NCBI GenBank assembly: GCA_963662585.1
Contig: OY759729.1
Location: forward strand, 1,984,001-2,048,000
Origin: Candidatus Cloacimonadales bacterium
Lineage (GTDB): Bacteria; Cloacimonadota; Cloacimonadia; Cloacimonadales; JAFGVF01
Length of the DNA: 64,000 bases
Direction: 5' to 3'
The notes beneath the pieces are model-generated. The model saw only the letters and a list, made by a program, of their open reading frames with translations. It made no database searches and was not told the DNA's origin. A program made the position numbers and the translations under genes. Below are positions 11,034 to 23,305 of the stretch, one piece after another (the first letter of the stretch is position 1; the number at the start of each line of letters is the position of its first letter).

Positions 11034-11648
11034 ATGAACATTGTATTATTTATAAAAGCATTTATTACAGGTATAATAACTTCTATGCCGTCAGGACCCA
11101 TTACTTTTTACGCCCTCCATAGAATTTTGGAGAAAGGTAGAAAGAACGGTTTAGCAGCAGGCTTAGGAAGTGCTACGGCTGACACTATTTTTGCTTTAAT
11201 AGCCTCTCTTGGAGTTATGCAAATTGATGAGTTTATTAGTAATCATAGTTTTGTTGTCAGGATTGTTAGTGCTTCAGTGCTAACGCTGCTGGGCTTGAGA
11301 ATATTGTTGAAAAAAACAGTTGGACAGCCAAAGAAACCTCCTAAACTTCATCATGAATTCAGAAATACTTTCCTAATTGCTATTATAAATCCCCCCACAA
11401 TCTTTGTCTTTTTGCAAATATTTATCCTATTCCACATAATTGTTGATCCACAAAAAAAGAGCTTTGATATCCCTACAGTCGTAGGCGGTATAATGTTAGG
11501 GTCAATTTCTTGGTGGATTGCTATGTCTTATATTGTCGGACATTTCAAAAAACTAATCTCTGATAATTTCCAGATAACTGTTAGGAGAGCTTCAGGTATT
11601 TTAATGATTATTATGGCATTAATAGCAGTTCTAGGTATCTTTAAATAG
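11034..11648 (+). CDS. LysE family translocator
   Basis: MPSGPI...GRKNGLAAGLGSATAD, INPPTI, multiple transmembrane segments. Confidence 0.9.
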   Translation: MNIVLFIKAFITGIITSMPSGPITFYALHRILEKGRKNGLAAGLGSATADTIFALIASLGVMQIDEFISNHSFVVRIVSASVLTLLGLRILLKKTVGQPKKPPKLHHEFRNTFLIAIINPPTIFVFLQIFILFHIIVDPQKKSFDIPTVVGGIMLGSISWWIAMSYIVGHFKKLISDNFQITVRRASGILMIIMALIAVLGIFK

Positions 11649-11667
11649 AAGTGAAGCTAAGAAATAA

Positions 11668-12054
11668 GAATGTGACCAAACCTCTTTAACTCCCCTCTTT
11701 AGTGATTAACTGGGGTTACGGACCTTTAGTCCGTGAATCTTAAATTCCCCGCTTTAGTGCTGAAGGCTGGAGTGCTAATTTCTAGCTCCAGAGGAGCTAT
11801 TTCTTGGTAGCACAAAGGCCACAACCTCAAAAAAATCGCTCCGTAGGTGCGAACACCCAACCATGGTTGGCTGCGAAGCAGACAGGGTGTTTTTAAAATC
11901 CCCATCCGTGAGGGGGACACAGGGGGTGTTTTCTTCTATGGAGTGGAAGCGTCTCTGCTTCCACATTAGACAATAATAAGATAACATTAGATTTTTATAA
12001 GGTTTTTCGCATGCAAGGGTGCATGCAATCCGACAGAAGAGGGATTATCACACC
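11668..12054 (-). repeat. Family-1 multi-hairpin MITE-like element, single copy
   Basis: Reverse complement of the unit repeated at 46292-49870; imperfect terminal IRs TGTGACCAAACCTCTT / TGTGATAATCCCTCTT (12/16); TAA on both flanks. Confidence 0.85.
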
Positions 12055-12123
12055 TAATCTTTCCGACACCTATTTATTGCAAATAAACTACTAATTTGCA
12101 CAGATTTCATAAATTAAGAAATA

Positions 12124-12300
12124 TCCAAATAATGTGATCGATTTTTTAGCAATTATTATTTTTCCTATTAAACCCTTTGAGTCTAAGCTAATGCTTAGCC
12201 CTCACAAGACAGGGTTACGCTATTATTGGCATACCATACACAGGTTCAATTTTTCTTCGAAAAATGAGACCCTGGGCTAATCTATTTAATCCCTTGATGA
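12124..12300 (-). repeat. Family-2 palindromic (REP/REPIN-like) element
   Basis: 12165-12218 is the exact reverse complement (54 bp) of 19469-19522 and the alignment extends over ~130 bp; the CCCTGGGCTAATCTATTTAATCCC part matches 39073-39095. Confidence 0.85.
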
Positions 12301-12343
12301 TATTTTCTTAATTCGTGAAATTAGTGGATATATTCATCTTTCT

Positions 12344-12371
12344 TCAACTCTCAATTCTCAATTCTCAATTC
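12344..12371. repeat. Heptamer tandem repeat (TCAAYTC)x4
   Basis: TCAACTC TCAATTC TCAATTC TCAATTC, directly after the merR stop. Confidence 0.8.
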
Positions 12372-12375
12372 AGAA

Positions 12376-12720
12376 TTACTGATGTTGCTTTACAGTTTCT
12401 TTAATATCCAGGATTAGTTTCTTAATATGTTTTAATTGTTCTTGTGGTGTTAAGGGTATCTCAACTTTTTCAACTATTGCTTTAGTCTCAATCCCATCAT
12501 GAAGAGCTTGCTTAGCACCTTTAATAGTGTACTTTTTATCATAGAGCAGATGCTTAATTAAGGAAATAGTCTCAAATTCTGCAGTAGAATAGCGTCTATT
12601 CCTTCCACTTTTTCTACTTCTTTTAATTTGAGGAAACTCAGTTTCCCAATACCTAATGACATAAGGTTTAATGTCTAAAAGTTTACTAACTTCTGTAATA
12701 GTATAATATAATTTTTCCAT
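12376..12720 (-). CDS. MerR family transcriptional regulator
   Basis: YYTITEVSKLLDIKPYVIRYWETEF, RRYS, LLYDKKYTIKGA. Confidence 0.92.
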   Translation of the reverse strand: MEKLYYTITEVSKLLDIKPYVIRYWETEFPQIKRSRKSGRNRRYSTAEFETISLIKHLLYDKKYTIKGAKQALHDGIETKAIVEKVEIPLTPQEQLKHIKKLILDIKETVKQHQ

Positions 12721-12752
12721 GATATCCTTAAAATGTACTTATTAAAACAATT

Positions 12753-14285
12753 TCATTTTTTATATTTGATTTTGGCAAGTAAAAAAATCAAAAGGGCACT
12801 AATTACGAAAAGGTATGGTAGCTTATAGAGGTAATAAGTGAAGAGAGATTTGCTCTTAGTAGTATAAACTGGGGCAGGATAATTAGCTACTTCATTGAGT
12901 CTAGAGTAGGTCTCAATTCTACCATTAGGTGAAACAACCATGGAATGTCCAGAGTTAGCTGAACGAATAATGGGGGTTCTTGTCTCAATGGCTCTAATTC
13001 TGGTCATCATTGCGTGTTGGTATGTCCCTATAGACTGTTTAAACCAAGCATCGTTAGTAAGATTAACAATGAAATCTACTCCTTCTCGAACCATTTGATT
13101 GGATATGTCTGGGAAGAGAATCTCATAGCATATTTGAGGAGAAAAAGTAAATTCTTTTCCTTCTTTATTCTTAATAGTATAAAACTTTAACTCTTTGCCA
13201 AATTCCCAATTGGCCTGTCCAAATTCTAATTTCCATAAGAAAGGAAAGAGATTTAAATAGGGCATTCTTTCTCCAATAGGAACTAAATATATTTTGTAAT
13301 ATGGCTCTTCAAACTCTAGTTCTGGGTATCTCAAAAGAGTTGCACTGTTATAATAATAAAGAGGGTAATGGTAGTCTGCAGGGGCTGGTAAACCATCGGT
13401 TGTTCCAAAAAAGATGTTTAGTTTGTTCTTTTTTGCTATTTTAATAAGTTCCTGGCCAACGCTATAATCATAAATCCTTAGAGGTAAGGCTGGGATTGAT
13501 GCTTCAGGCCAGATAAATAAATCTAAGTCTTCTAAGGATGCATAGTAGGATTGTTTTTCATATCGAGCAAGAATATCTTCCATGGGAAGTTCAAACTTAT
13601 TTATACCAATGGAAGGTTGCATCATTTTAATCTTTATATCTGCTAATTCTAAATCAAGGCTATTGTATCTAAGATATCCATAACCAAACCAAACAGTGAA
13701 AAGAATCAACATAAGATAAATTGCAGATTTAACACCTGATAGAAAACGATAGAGTAGTATGTTACTAAGCAAAAGGGCAAAAGATATTAAATGAATTCCA
13801 CCTATGTCTGCAATCTGTACCAAAAGATTAAAATTACTGAGAGCATAGCCAACATTTAACCAAGGAAACCTAAATTCTGTATGGAATAAGAAGAACTCGA
13901 AAGAAAGCCAAATTGAGATGAATCCAAGCCATTTTATCCATTCTTTCTTCTGCCACACTAGATTTAAATAGGCAAATACTCCCCAATAATAGAGAGCAAA
14001 AAGAATTATTATTCCAAGGACTCCAGGTAGTGTAACTAATCCGATCCAGTGATATGCAGTAAGGGTATTGATTAGAGAGAAGAGGGCTGCTCCTCTCATT
14101 AGTTCTAGGCTATTTTTCTTCCCACTATCAAAAAATCTGAAGAGAGGGATAAAGGCAATGAAAGCGAAAATACCCATACTTCCAGGGTATCTGCTTAATC
14201 CTAAGACTAGTGCTGAAATTGCAATAAGTAAGTATGGGGGTAAGCTTTTGGTATTATTATCATTATTCATAAAAACTTTTCTCAT
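12753..14285 (-). CDS. lnt: Apolipoprotein N-acyltransferase
   Basis: FPW, WPEAS, YYKIYLVPIGE, QICYEILFP, NLTNDAWF, RAIETR, RSANSG. Confidence 0.95.
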   Translation of the reverse strand: MRKVFMNNDNNTKSLPPYLLIAISALVLGLSRYPGSMGIFAFIAFIPLFRFFDSGKKNSLELMRGAALFSLINTLTAYHWIGLVTLPGVLGIIILFALYYWGVFAYLNLVWQKKEWIKWLGFISIWLSFEFFLFHTEFRFPWLNVGYALSNFNLLVQIADIGGIHLISFALLLSNILLYRFLSGVKSAIYLMLILFTVWFGYGYLRYNSLDLELADIKIKMMQPSIGINKFELPMEDILARYEKQSYYASLEDLDLFIWPEASIPALPLRIYDYSVGQELIKIAKKNKLNIFFGTTDGLPAPADYHYPLYYYNSATLLRYPELEFEEPYYKIYLVPIGERMPYLNLFPFLWKLEFGQANWEFGKELKFYTIKNKEGKEFTFSPQICYEILFPDISNQMVREGVDFIVNLTNDAWFKQSIGTYQHAMMTRIRAIETRTPIIRSANSGHSMVVSPNGRIETYSRLNEVANYPAPVYTTKSKSLFTYYLYKLPYLFVISALLIFLLAKIKYKK

Positions 14286-14288
14286 TAA

Positions 14289-15113
14289 TTATTGATTTTT
14301 ATATTTAAGGTTATAGATTAATACTTCATTTTGAGTATAAATTATCAGATTATTTTGTTTTAAGAACATTCCTTGTGGAATATTTTCAACAACTATGGCA
14401 GTAATAGGCTGACCGTTTAAGAAGATAAAATTATTATGTAAGGCTATGGTATTCTGATAATTATCTTTAACGGTTAAGTGAGGATAAGTCTCAAAAAATC
14501 CTCCCAAAGAATTATAAAAATCAGTTTGATCTTCAGAAGTCGTGATAGTTAGCTTATTGCCCATAAACCTGATTGCTTTAGGATTATCAATTTCGAACTT
14601 CCCGAATCTAATAAATTCTTGGTAAGTAAGTAGATTAAGGATTATTACCTCATGTTCATCCCCATCGTAAAGGTAGAGAGTATCATCGCTTCCTAAAGTG
14701 AATTTAGCAGGGTTAGAATATTCTTTAAGGGAAATAGAATTTCTAAAAGTACCATTTTTATCAAAGATAGATATTTTCTTTTGTAGATTGTCTAGTGCAA
14801 GCAAAGATTGGTTATCTGAAACTTCAATATCTGCCAGAAGCTGAAAAGAGGAACTATTATTTCCCTTGCCTCCAAACTTATTAATAAAGTTAAAATCTTT
14901 ATATACCCAAATATAATCTTTATTCATTTCCGAAACATATACTGTTCTTGAATTGCTTTCAAAAGCTACATCTTTAATTCTATAATTTACTGCTATATTA
15001 CCAATTTTAGTAAATTCTGTTATCTCAGCAAAGCTCTGTCTGTTTTGGCTACAAGCTACTCCTAAAAGAAGAGAAATAATAATTAAAAAAAAATATCTTT
15101 TAAACATATCCAC
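14289..15113 (-). CDS. Lipoprotein with NHL/beta-propeller-like repeats
   Basis: Lipobox LGVAC; repeats FINKFGGKG, ISIFDKNGTF, FIRFGKFEIDNP. Confidence 0.7.
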   Translation of the reverse strand: MDMFKRYFFLIIISLLLGVACSQNRQSFAEITEFTKIGNIAVNYRIKDVAFESNSRTVYVSEMNKDYIWVYKDFNFINKFGGKGNNSSSFQLLADIEVSDNQSLLALDNLQKKISIFDKNGTFRNSISLKEYSNPAKFTLGSDDTLYLYDGDEHEVIILNLLTYQEFIRFGKFEIDNPKAIRFMGNKLTITTSEDQTDFYNSLGGFFETYPHLTVKDNYQNTIALHNNFIFLNGQPITAIVVENIPQGMFLKQNNLIIYTQNEVLIYNLKYKNQ

Positions 15114-15117
15114 CTTA

Positions 15118-16836
15118 TTATCTGTTAACTTTTAAATCTAATAACTTGCCTTGGATAGTCATTTTCTTAAAGAAAGTATTTATCTCAACAGAATAGGCAA
15201 TATCCAAAGATGAGTTCTTTTTCAAAGAAGTTAAATAATCTCCTAAATTATATCCAATTAAGTCCAGCTCTACACCATCTTTAATTACCTTCAACTTTAG
15301 ATGATTTTTGCCGACAATATAAGGATAGGTGGAAACATTAACCTTTTCAGTATAGAAAACAGGTCTTCTATTACCTGAACCAAAGGGTGAGAACTTCTCA
15401 ATCCAAGCTAAAAAATTCTTATTAATATCATAAAGTTCTAAATGAGAATCTATAGAAATAGTATTTTGGATATTATGAGAATAAGGCTTGTCTTTAAGAT
15501 AGTCAGATAACCTGTTTTCAAAAATATCTATATATTCTTGGTATAAAGTTAAACCAACAGCATATTTATGACCACCAAAACTGATTAAATCCTCTTCATT
15601 ATCAGTAAGTGCTTGGAATAAATCTAAATCAGGGATAGATCTTCCTGAGCCTGATCCAACTCCATCTTTCACGGAAATCATAATTACTGGACGGTTAAAT
15701 TGCTCCACTAACTTAGAGGCTACAATCCCGATTACACCTTGGTGCCAACTATCTGAAGAGAGAACTATTAACACTGTTTCATCTATATTTTTATACTTCT
15801 TTTCAATAATATCAATAGCTTCTTTATAGGTCTTTTGGTCTTCTCTTTGCCTTAAAGAATTCTGATGTTCTATGTTCTCAGCTAATTCATTACTTTGCCT
15901 TTCATCATTGGAAACTAAGAGTTCTACAGCTACATCAGCACTTCCCATTCTACCAGCTGCATTGATTCTAGGAGCTAAACCAAAGACAATGTCAGAGGAG
16001 TTTAAAGTCTTCTGATTTAAATTGGAAAAGTCTATCAAAGCCTTGAGTCCTAAGTTTTTTTTCTCTATCAGATGAGTCAAACCTAAAGCTGAGAGAACTC
16101 TATTCTCTCCATCTAAAGGAACGATGTCGGCTATGGTTCCTAAAGCAACTAAATCTAAGTATTTAGCAATATTTTCTTCTGTGTCAATGCCTAATTTCAT
16201 ATAGATAGCTACTAAGAGTTTATAGGCAACGCCTACTCCTGCTAATTTAGGGAATGGATAACCTGAACCTTCAACTTTAGGATTAATAATAGCTAAGGCA
16301 TTGGGAAGTAATTCTTTGGGATTATGGTGATCTGTGATTATTATCTCCATTCCGTAAGCATGAATTTGTTCTACTTCATCAATAGCATTTATTCCACAAT
16401 CTACAGAGATTATCAGCTTTGTACCATTTTCTTGAATTTGTTCTAAACCGGATATAGACAGTCCATAACCATCTATCATTCTATGCGGAATATAATAATC
16501 AATAATTGCACCCAACTTGGTAAGTCCCAACAAAAGAACTGAAGTAGAAGTTGTTCCATCTACATCATAGTCACCATAGATAGTGATTTTTTCATTCTTT
16601 TCTATTGCCTCTAAAACCCTATTAACAGCTTTTTCCATATCTTTAAATAGATAAGGGTCATGAAGTTGACTAAGTGTCGGATTGAGAAATGACTCGATCT
16701 CTTCTGTAGTGTTTAGTCCTTTTTTTATTAAAAGCGTAGCAATAGAGCGAGGGCACTTCAATTGACTGGCAATCTGATTTCTAAGTTTCTTTTCTTTAAG
16801 GGTTAATTCAACCCCTATCTCCCATACATTATCCAT
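15118..16836 (-). CDS. recJ: Single-stranded-DNA exonuclease RecJ
   Basis: YGDYDVDG, VDCG, TDHH, GTIADIVPL, PRINAAGR, GVIGIVASKL, FGGH. Confidence 0.97.
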   Translation of the reverse strand: MDNVWEIGVELTLKEKKLRNQIASQLKCPRSIATLLIKKGLNTTEEIESFLNPTLSQLHDPYLFKDMEKAVNRVLEAIEKNEKITIYGDYDVDGTTSTSVLLLGLTKLGAIIDYYIPHRMIDGYGLSISGLEQIQENGTKLIISVDCGINAIDEVEQIHAYGMEIIITDHHNPKELLPNALAIINPKVEGSGYPFPKLAGVGVAYKLLVAIYMKLGIDTEENIAKYLDLVALGTIADIVPLDGENRVLSALGLTHLIEKKNLGLKALIDFSNLNQKTLNSSDIVFGLAPRINAAGRMGSADVAVELLVSNDERQSNELAENIEHQNSLRQREDQKTYKEAIDIIEKKYKNIDETVLIVLSSDSWHQGVIGIVASKLVEQFNRPVIMISVKDGVGSGSGRSIPDLDLFQALTDNEEDLISFGGHKYAVGLTLYQEYIDIFENRLSDYLKDKPYSHNIQNTISIDSHLELYDINKNFLAWIEKFSPFGSGNRRPVFYTEKVNVSTYPYIVGKNHLKLKVIKDGVELDLIGYNLGDYLTSLKKNSSLDIAYSVEINTFFKKMTIQGKLLDLKVNR

Positions 16837-17297
16837 ATATATCCTTTTGTTAATCTCTTAAGTATTGCACCTCTATTAATAATTCTCCATTTTAATAGAC
16901 ATTTTCTCAAATGTATTTATATAGTTTATCATTTACTGATAGTATTTCAAAATTGTAAAGAAATTTCTTTGCTTTTTTATTAGTAGATATAAAAATAATC
17001 TTCATCAATAAGTACTTAAAGTAGTCTTTAATTCCTAAAAATCAAAGAGTTAGAAATGTAATAAGAGACTCCTTTATTTCTAAAAATATTACTTTAAAGT
17101 TAAATATCTCAGTGAAAATATAAAAAGAAATAATAAAAACTCAAATTTTTGAAACATTGAATGTAAGATCTCTTTCGCAAAATAGAAGTATTATCCCGAG
17201 CTAAGTTCTTTTCTAGTATTCACTAATTCAACAATCTTCTTGACTCAATCTATCTATCTAAGAAGATGGGATTTATAATAAAATACAAAAAAACTGA

Positions 17298-19410
<2,113 letters not shown>

Positions 19411-19433
19411 AAGAAATTAATAATTATTAATTA

Positions 19434-19563
19434 AAAATTGACCCTGGCTATGGCAAACCAATATTCGTGTAACCCTGTCTTGTGAGGGCTAAGCATTAGC
19501 TTAGACTCAAAGGGTTTAATAGAGGAAATAATAGTTACTAAAAAAGCGGTCAAATTATTTAGG
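19434..19563 (+). repeat. Family-2 palindromic element
   Basis: Aligns in reverse complement to 12124-12253 with a 54-bp identical core. Confidence 0.85.
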
Positions 19564-19621
19564 ACTGGACACTGAAAGAACAAATGAATGAAAAAGCAAA
19601 AGATTTAAAAAGGAGATAAAA

Positions 19622-20926
19622 ATGAGAAAACTAATTAGCGTAGCTATGATGATTTTATCATTACTAGTAGTAGCGAATTGCTCCAAAAATGAGCAAGTAA
19701 TCCAAGAAGTACCTAAGGAAGTTACAACAGAAACAATCCCAGAAGCTGAAGTAGAAGTTAGCTCTGAAGATTATCCAGAGTATCTTAAGGATTTCTATAA
19801 TGATGCTGATAGAGAGTACTCAATTTCTGAAGCAAACAACAAATTGTCTTTAGTTCTTTTTAAGATCATAGAAGAAAAGAATAAAAATCTTGTATTCTCC
19901 TCTTTTTCTATTTCTAATGCCTTAGCCATGGCTGCTGAAACAACTAATGAGGAAATCTCTAATTCTATTAGAAGAGGACTCCGCCTTCCTAAAGATGTTC
20001 TTAAAATCAGAGATGGCTATCAATCTATCTTAAAAAACTATGGAAGAGAAAACAAAGATTATATTCTAAATATAGCTAATGCTGTATGGATAGATAATAA
20101 ATATTCTCTAGAGTCTGAAAGGCAAGAAAATATTGAAAAATACTATTTAGGTCAAGCCTTAGCTTTTGATAATTTAAAATCTAAAGATACAGCTGATCGA
20201 GTAAATGATTGGTGTGATGCTAAAACAAATGGTATGATCAAGAAGATTATTAATGAAGGAGATATTCATTCACTTACTCATTTAATCCTAACTAATGCTA
20301 TCTATTTCAAAGGGTCATGGCAAGAAGAATTTGACGAGGGAAATACTAGCAAGGAAGCTTTTTATAATTCCCTAAGGAACGAATCTCAAGTTGATTTTAT
20401 GAAGATAGAAGAGAACTTTGCCTATACAGAAGATGATAATGTTCAAGTTCTGAAAATGAACTATAGAGGTAGAGACTTTTCAATGTTAGTTATTCTTCCA
20501 AGAGAGAATGATATTAGAGCTTTGCAAGATAATCTTACTTCCGAGATTTTAGCTAAATGGAATAAAGAACTTAAAACTTATAAGGTCAATGTTCAATTAC
20601 CTAAATTCAAATTTGATTTTGATGCAGACTTAAATGAGCCATTAAAGAAAATAGGAATGGCAAGAGCATTTACCTCAAAAACAGCTGATGAATTATACAT
20701 TGATAAAGTACTTCATAAAGCTATCATTGATGTTAATGAAAAGGGTACTGAGGCTGCTGCAGTTACTGCTGTTGCCATGACTACTCGAAGCATGCCACCT
20801 CAATATGAATACAGAGAATTTAATGCTAATCATCCATTTATCTTTGTTATTCAAGATAATAAGACTCAAAATATTCTCTTTATGGGAAAAGTTGAGAATC
20901 CTGTCTATGAGGAAGCTAAGAATTAA
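19622..20926 (+). CDS. Serpin family protein, probable lipoprotein
   Basis: Lipobox-like VVANC; NLVFSSFSI, NAIYFKGSW, LPKFK, hinge EKGTEAAAVTA, FNANHPFIF, ILFMGKVENP. Confidence 0.95.
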   Translation: MRKLISVAMMILSLLVVANCSKNEQVIQEVPKEVTTETIPEAEVEVSSEDYPEYLKDFYNDADREYSISEANNKLSLVLFKIIEEKNKNLVFSSFSISNALAMAAETTNEEISNSIRRGLRLPKDVLKIRDGYQSILKNYGRENKDYILNIANAVWIDNKYSLESERQENIEKYYLGQALAFDNLKSKDTADRVNDWCDAKTNGMIKKIINEGDIHSLTHLILTNAIYFKGSWQEEFDEGNTSKEAFYNSLRNESQVDFMKIEENFAYTEDDNVQVLKMNYRGRDFSMLVILPRENDIRALQDNLTSEILAKWNKELKTYKVNVQLPKFKFDFDADLNEPLKKIGMARAFTSKTADELYIDKVLHKAIIDVNEKGTEAAAVTAVAMTTRSMPPQYEYREFNANHPFIFVIQDNKTQNILFMGKVENPVYEEAKN

Positions 20927-20967
20927 GAACGAGAATTAAAATTTTTAGACAAAGATTTATCCATATT

Positions 20968-21008
20968 AAAAAAACCTTGTAATTGGTTTTCAACAACTAC
21001 AAGGTTTT
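20968..21008. terminator. Bidirectional intrinsic terminator between serpin and fusA
   Basis: AAAACCTTGTA...TACAAGGTTTT inverted repeat with A/T tails between convergent genes. Confidence 0.7.
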
Positions 21009-21038
21009 AATTTTATCTTACTAGTTAATTACTAACTA

Positions 21039-23117
21039 TTAATTACCTTTTTCAGCGTTTCTTTTTCTAATATCTTCGAGCATCTTTTCTTCCATTTGCT
21101 TAGGAACTCTTTTGTAAGATGAGAATTCAAGAGAGAATTCAGATTTACCTTGAGTAAGTGAACGGAGGATAGTAGCGTAACCGAAGATTTCAGAGAGAGG
21201 AATCTCAGCAATAATGCGTGAGAATTGATCATCAATTTCAGTATCAAGAACAACACCACGGCGTTGATTGATAGAACCCATGACATTACCTCTAAATTCT
21301 GATGGAGTCTCAACTTCAATTTTCATAATTGGCTCCATGATATAAGGGTTTGCTTTTTTATAAACTTCTCTGAAAGCAGCTTTAGTAGCAACTTCAAAAG
21401 CCATTTGTGAAGAGTCAACTTGGTGATAAGAACCATCATTAAGTTCAAATTCAATACCAACTACAGGGAAGCCTGTTAAATCACCTTTATCAAGTGAAGC
21501 TCTGAAACCTTTTTCCACTGAAGGGATATAAGTTCCAGGAATAACGCCACCAGTGATTTTATCTACAAAGATACTATCACCATCGGTAGGTCTGATAGCA
21601 CCAGCGATTTTAGCAAACTGTCCGCGTCCACCTGATTGCTTCTTATGAGTATAATTAAAGAGAGCTTCAGAACCGATAGATTCACGGTAAGCAACTTCAG
21701 GTTGACCTGTCTGAATTTCTACTTTATATTCTCTTCTCATTCTTTCGATATAAACATCTAAGTGAAGTTCACCCATACCTGAGATAATTGTTTGGTTAGA
21801 TTCTTCATCAACCTCATATCTGAAAGTAGGATCTTCTTTAGCGAATCTATTAAGAGCTTTACCCATATTAGTAAGAGATTTCTTATCATTACAAGTAACT
21901 GCAAGAGAAATAATTGGATCTGGAACGAACATAGATTTTAATGATAATACTTTGCTTCCGCCATTGAAAGTATCTCCAAGAGAACAATCAACACCAAACA
22001 TAGCGATGATATCACCTGTTTGACCTTCAACAATATCTTCCATAGAGTCTGAATGCATTCTGATTAAACGGCCAACTTTAACTCTTTTGCCATTAGTAAC
22101 ATTAGTAATATCAGCACCTTTCTTTAAAGTACCTTGATAGATTCTTAAATAAGTTAACTGACCATAAACTTGATTATCTAACTTGAAAGCCATAGCAACT
22201 AAATCATCATTAGGATTGTGGCTAAGGGCAATCTCTTTATCTCCTGCTTCTACATCATAAGCGTAGTTAGTTACATCAGTTGGAGCAGGAAGATAATCTA
22301 AAACAGCATCTAATAATTTTTGGACACCTTTATTTTTATAAGCAGTTCCAAGGAATACAGGTACAAATTCACGACTGATAGTACCAATTCTTACTGCTTT
22401 ATGAATCATCTCTTCAGTTTCGTTTCCTTCTAGGAATGCTTCCATAAGCTCTTCTGAGAACATTGAAGCCTGATCTATCATCTGTTCGCGTTTCTCAACA
22501 GCAAAGTCATATAGGTCAGCAGGAATCTCTTTCTCCACTAAGATATCACCGTTAGGTCCTTCGTAATAAACCGCAACCATCTTAACTAAATCTATAATTC
22601 CTTCGAAATCATCTCCAGAACCAATTGGAAGTTGCATCATCACTGCATTTCTTCCTAATTTTTCACGGACTTGAGAAGTAACTCTGATAGGATCTGCTCC
22701 TGATCTATCCATTTTATTAACAAATACTAAATTAGGTACATCATATCTTTTTAACTGGCGATCAACAGTGATTGTCTGTGATTGTACGCCTCCAACACTA
22801 CAGAGCACAAGAATTGCTCCGTCTAACACTCTAAGAGCGTTTTCAACTTCGATAGTGAAGTCAACATGGCCAGGTGTATCAATTAAGTTGATGTCATAAC
22901 CTTTCCAAGTAACACTTGTAGCAGCTGATGCAATGGTAATACCGCGCTCTTTTTCCAATTCCATGGAGTCCATAGTAGCTCCAACACCATCTTTTCCACG
23001 CACTTCATGGATAGTGTGAATTTTTCCTGTATAATAAAGAATTCTTTCTGATAATGTCGTTTTCCCTGAGTCGATATGAGCACTAATTCCAATATTCCTA
23101 AGTTTCGTAATGTCCAT
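21039..23117 (-). CDS. fusA: Elongation factor G (stand-alone copy)
   Basis: [34 protein letters not shown], full five-domain length. Confidence 0.96.
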   Translation of the reverse strand: MDITKLRNIGISAHIDSGKTTLSERILYYTGKIHTIHEVRGKDGVGATMDSMELEKERGITIASAATSVTWKGYDINLIDTPGHVDFTIEVENALRVLDGAILVLCSVGGVQSQTITVDRQLKRYDVPNLVFVNKMDRSGADPIRVTSQVREKLGRNAVMMQLPIGSGDDFEGIIDLVKMVAVYYEGPNGDILVEKEIPADLYDFAVEKREQMIDQASMFSEELMEAFLEGNETEEMIHKAVRIGTISREFVPVFLGTAYKNKGVQKLLDAVLDYLPAPTDVTNYAYDVEAGDKEIALSHNPNDDLVAMAFKLDNQVYGQLTYLRIYQGTLKKGADITNVTNGKRVKVGRLIRMHSDSMEDIVEGQTGDIIAMFGVDCSLGDTFNGGSKVLSLKSMFVPDPIISLAVTCNDKKSLTNMGKALNRFAKEDPTFRYEVDEESNQTIISGMGELHLDVYIERMRREYKVEIQTGQPEVAYRESIGSEALFNYTHKKQSGGRGQFAKIAGAIRPTDGDSIFVDKITGGVIPGTYIPSVEKGFRASLDKGDLTGFPVVGIEFELNDGSYHQVDSSQMAFEVATKAAFREVYKKANPYIMEPIMKIEVETPSEFRGNVMGSINQRRGVVLDTEIDDQFSRIIAEIPLSEIFGYATILRSLTQGKSEFSLEFSSYKRVPKQMEEKMLEDIRKRNAEKGN

Positions 23118-23305
23118 TTAATTTCCTTTTTTTATTTCCTTTGCATTTTGATTATTTTATTTAATAATTTGTTCATTGAAATGCAAAAAAAAATGATTAA
23201 GGTTATTTAGCAAGAAAAATTTTGTTTACAAAAATTTACATTCAAAAATTATATAATAATAGGGTGTATTTTAATGCCTATACAAGCAAAGTAAAGGAAA
23301 TTTAA

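Noticed and set aside
11726..11987. Small ORFs in family-1 repeats (also 46133-46435 and 49610-49822)
   Set aside because: They lie in hairpin-rich repeats, copies differ by frameshifting indels, and there is no RBS or recognisable domain
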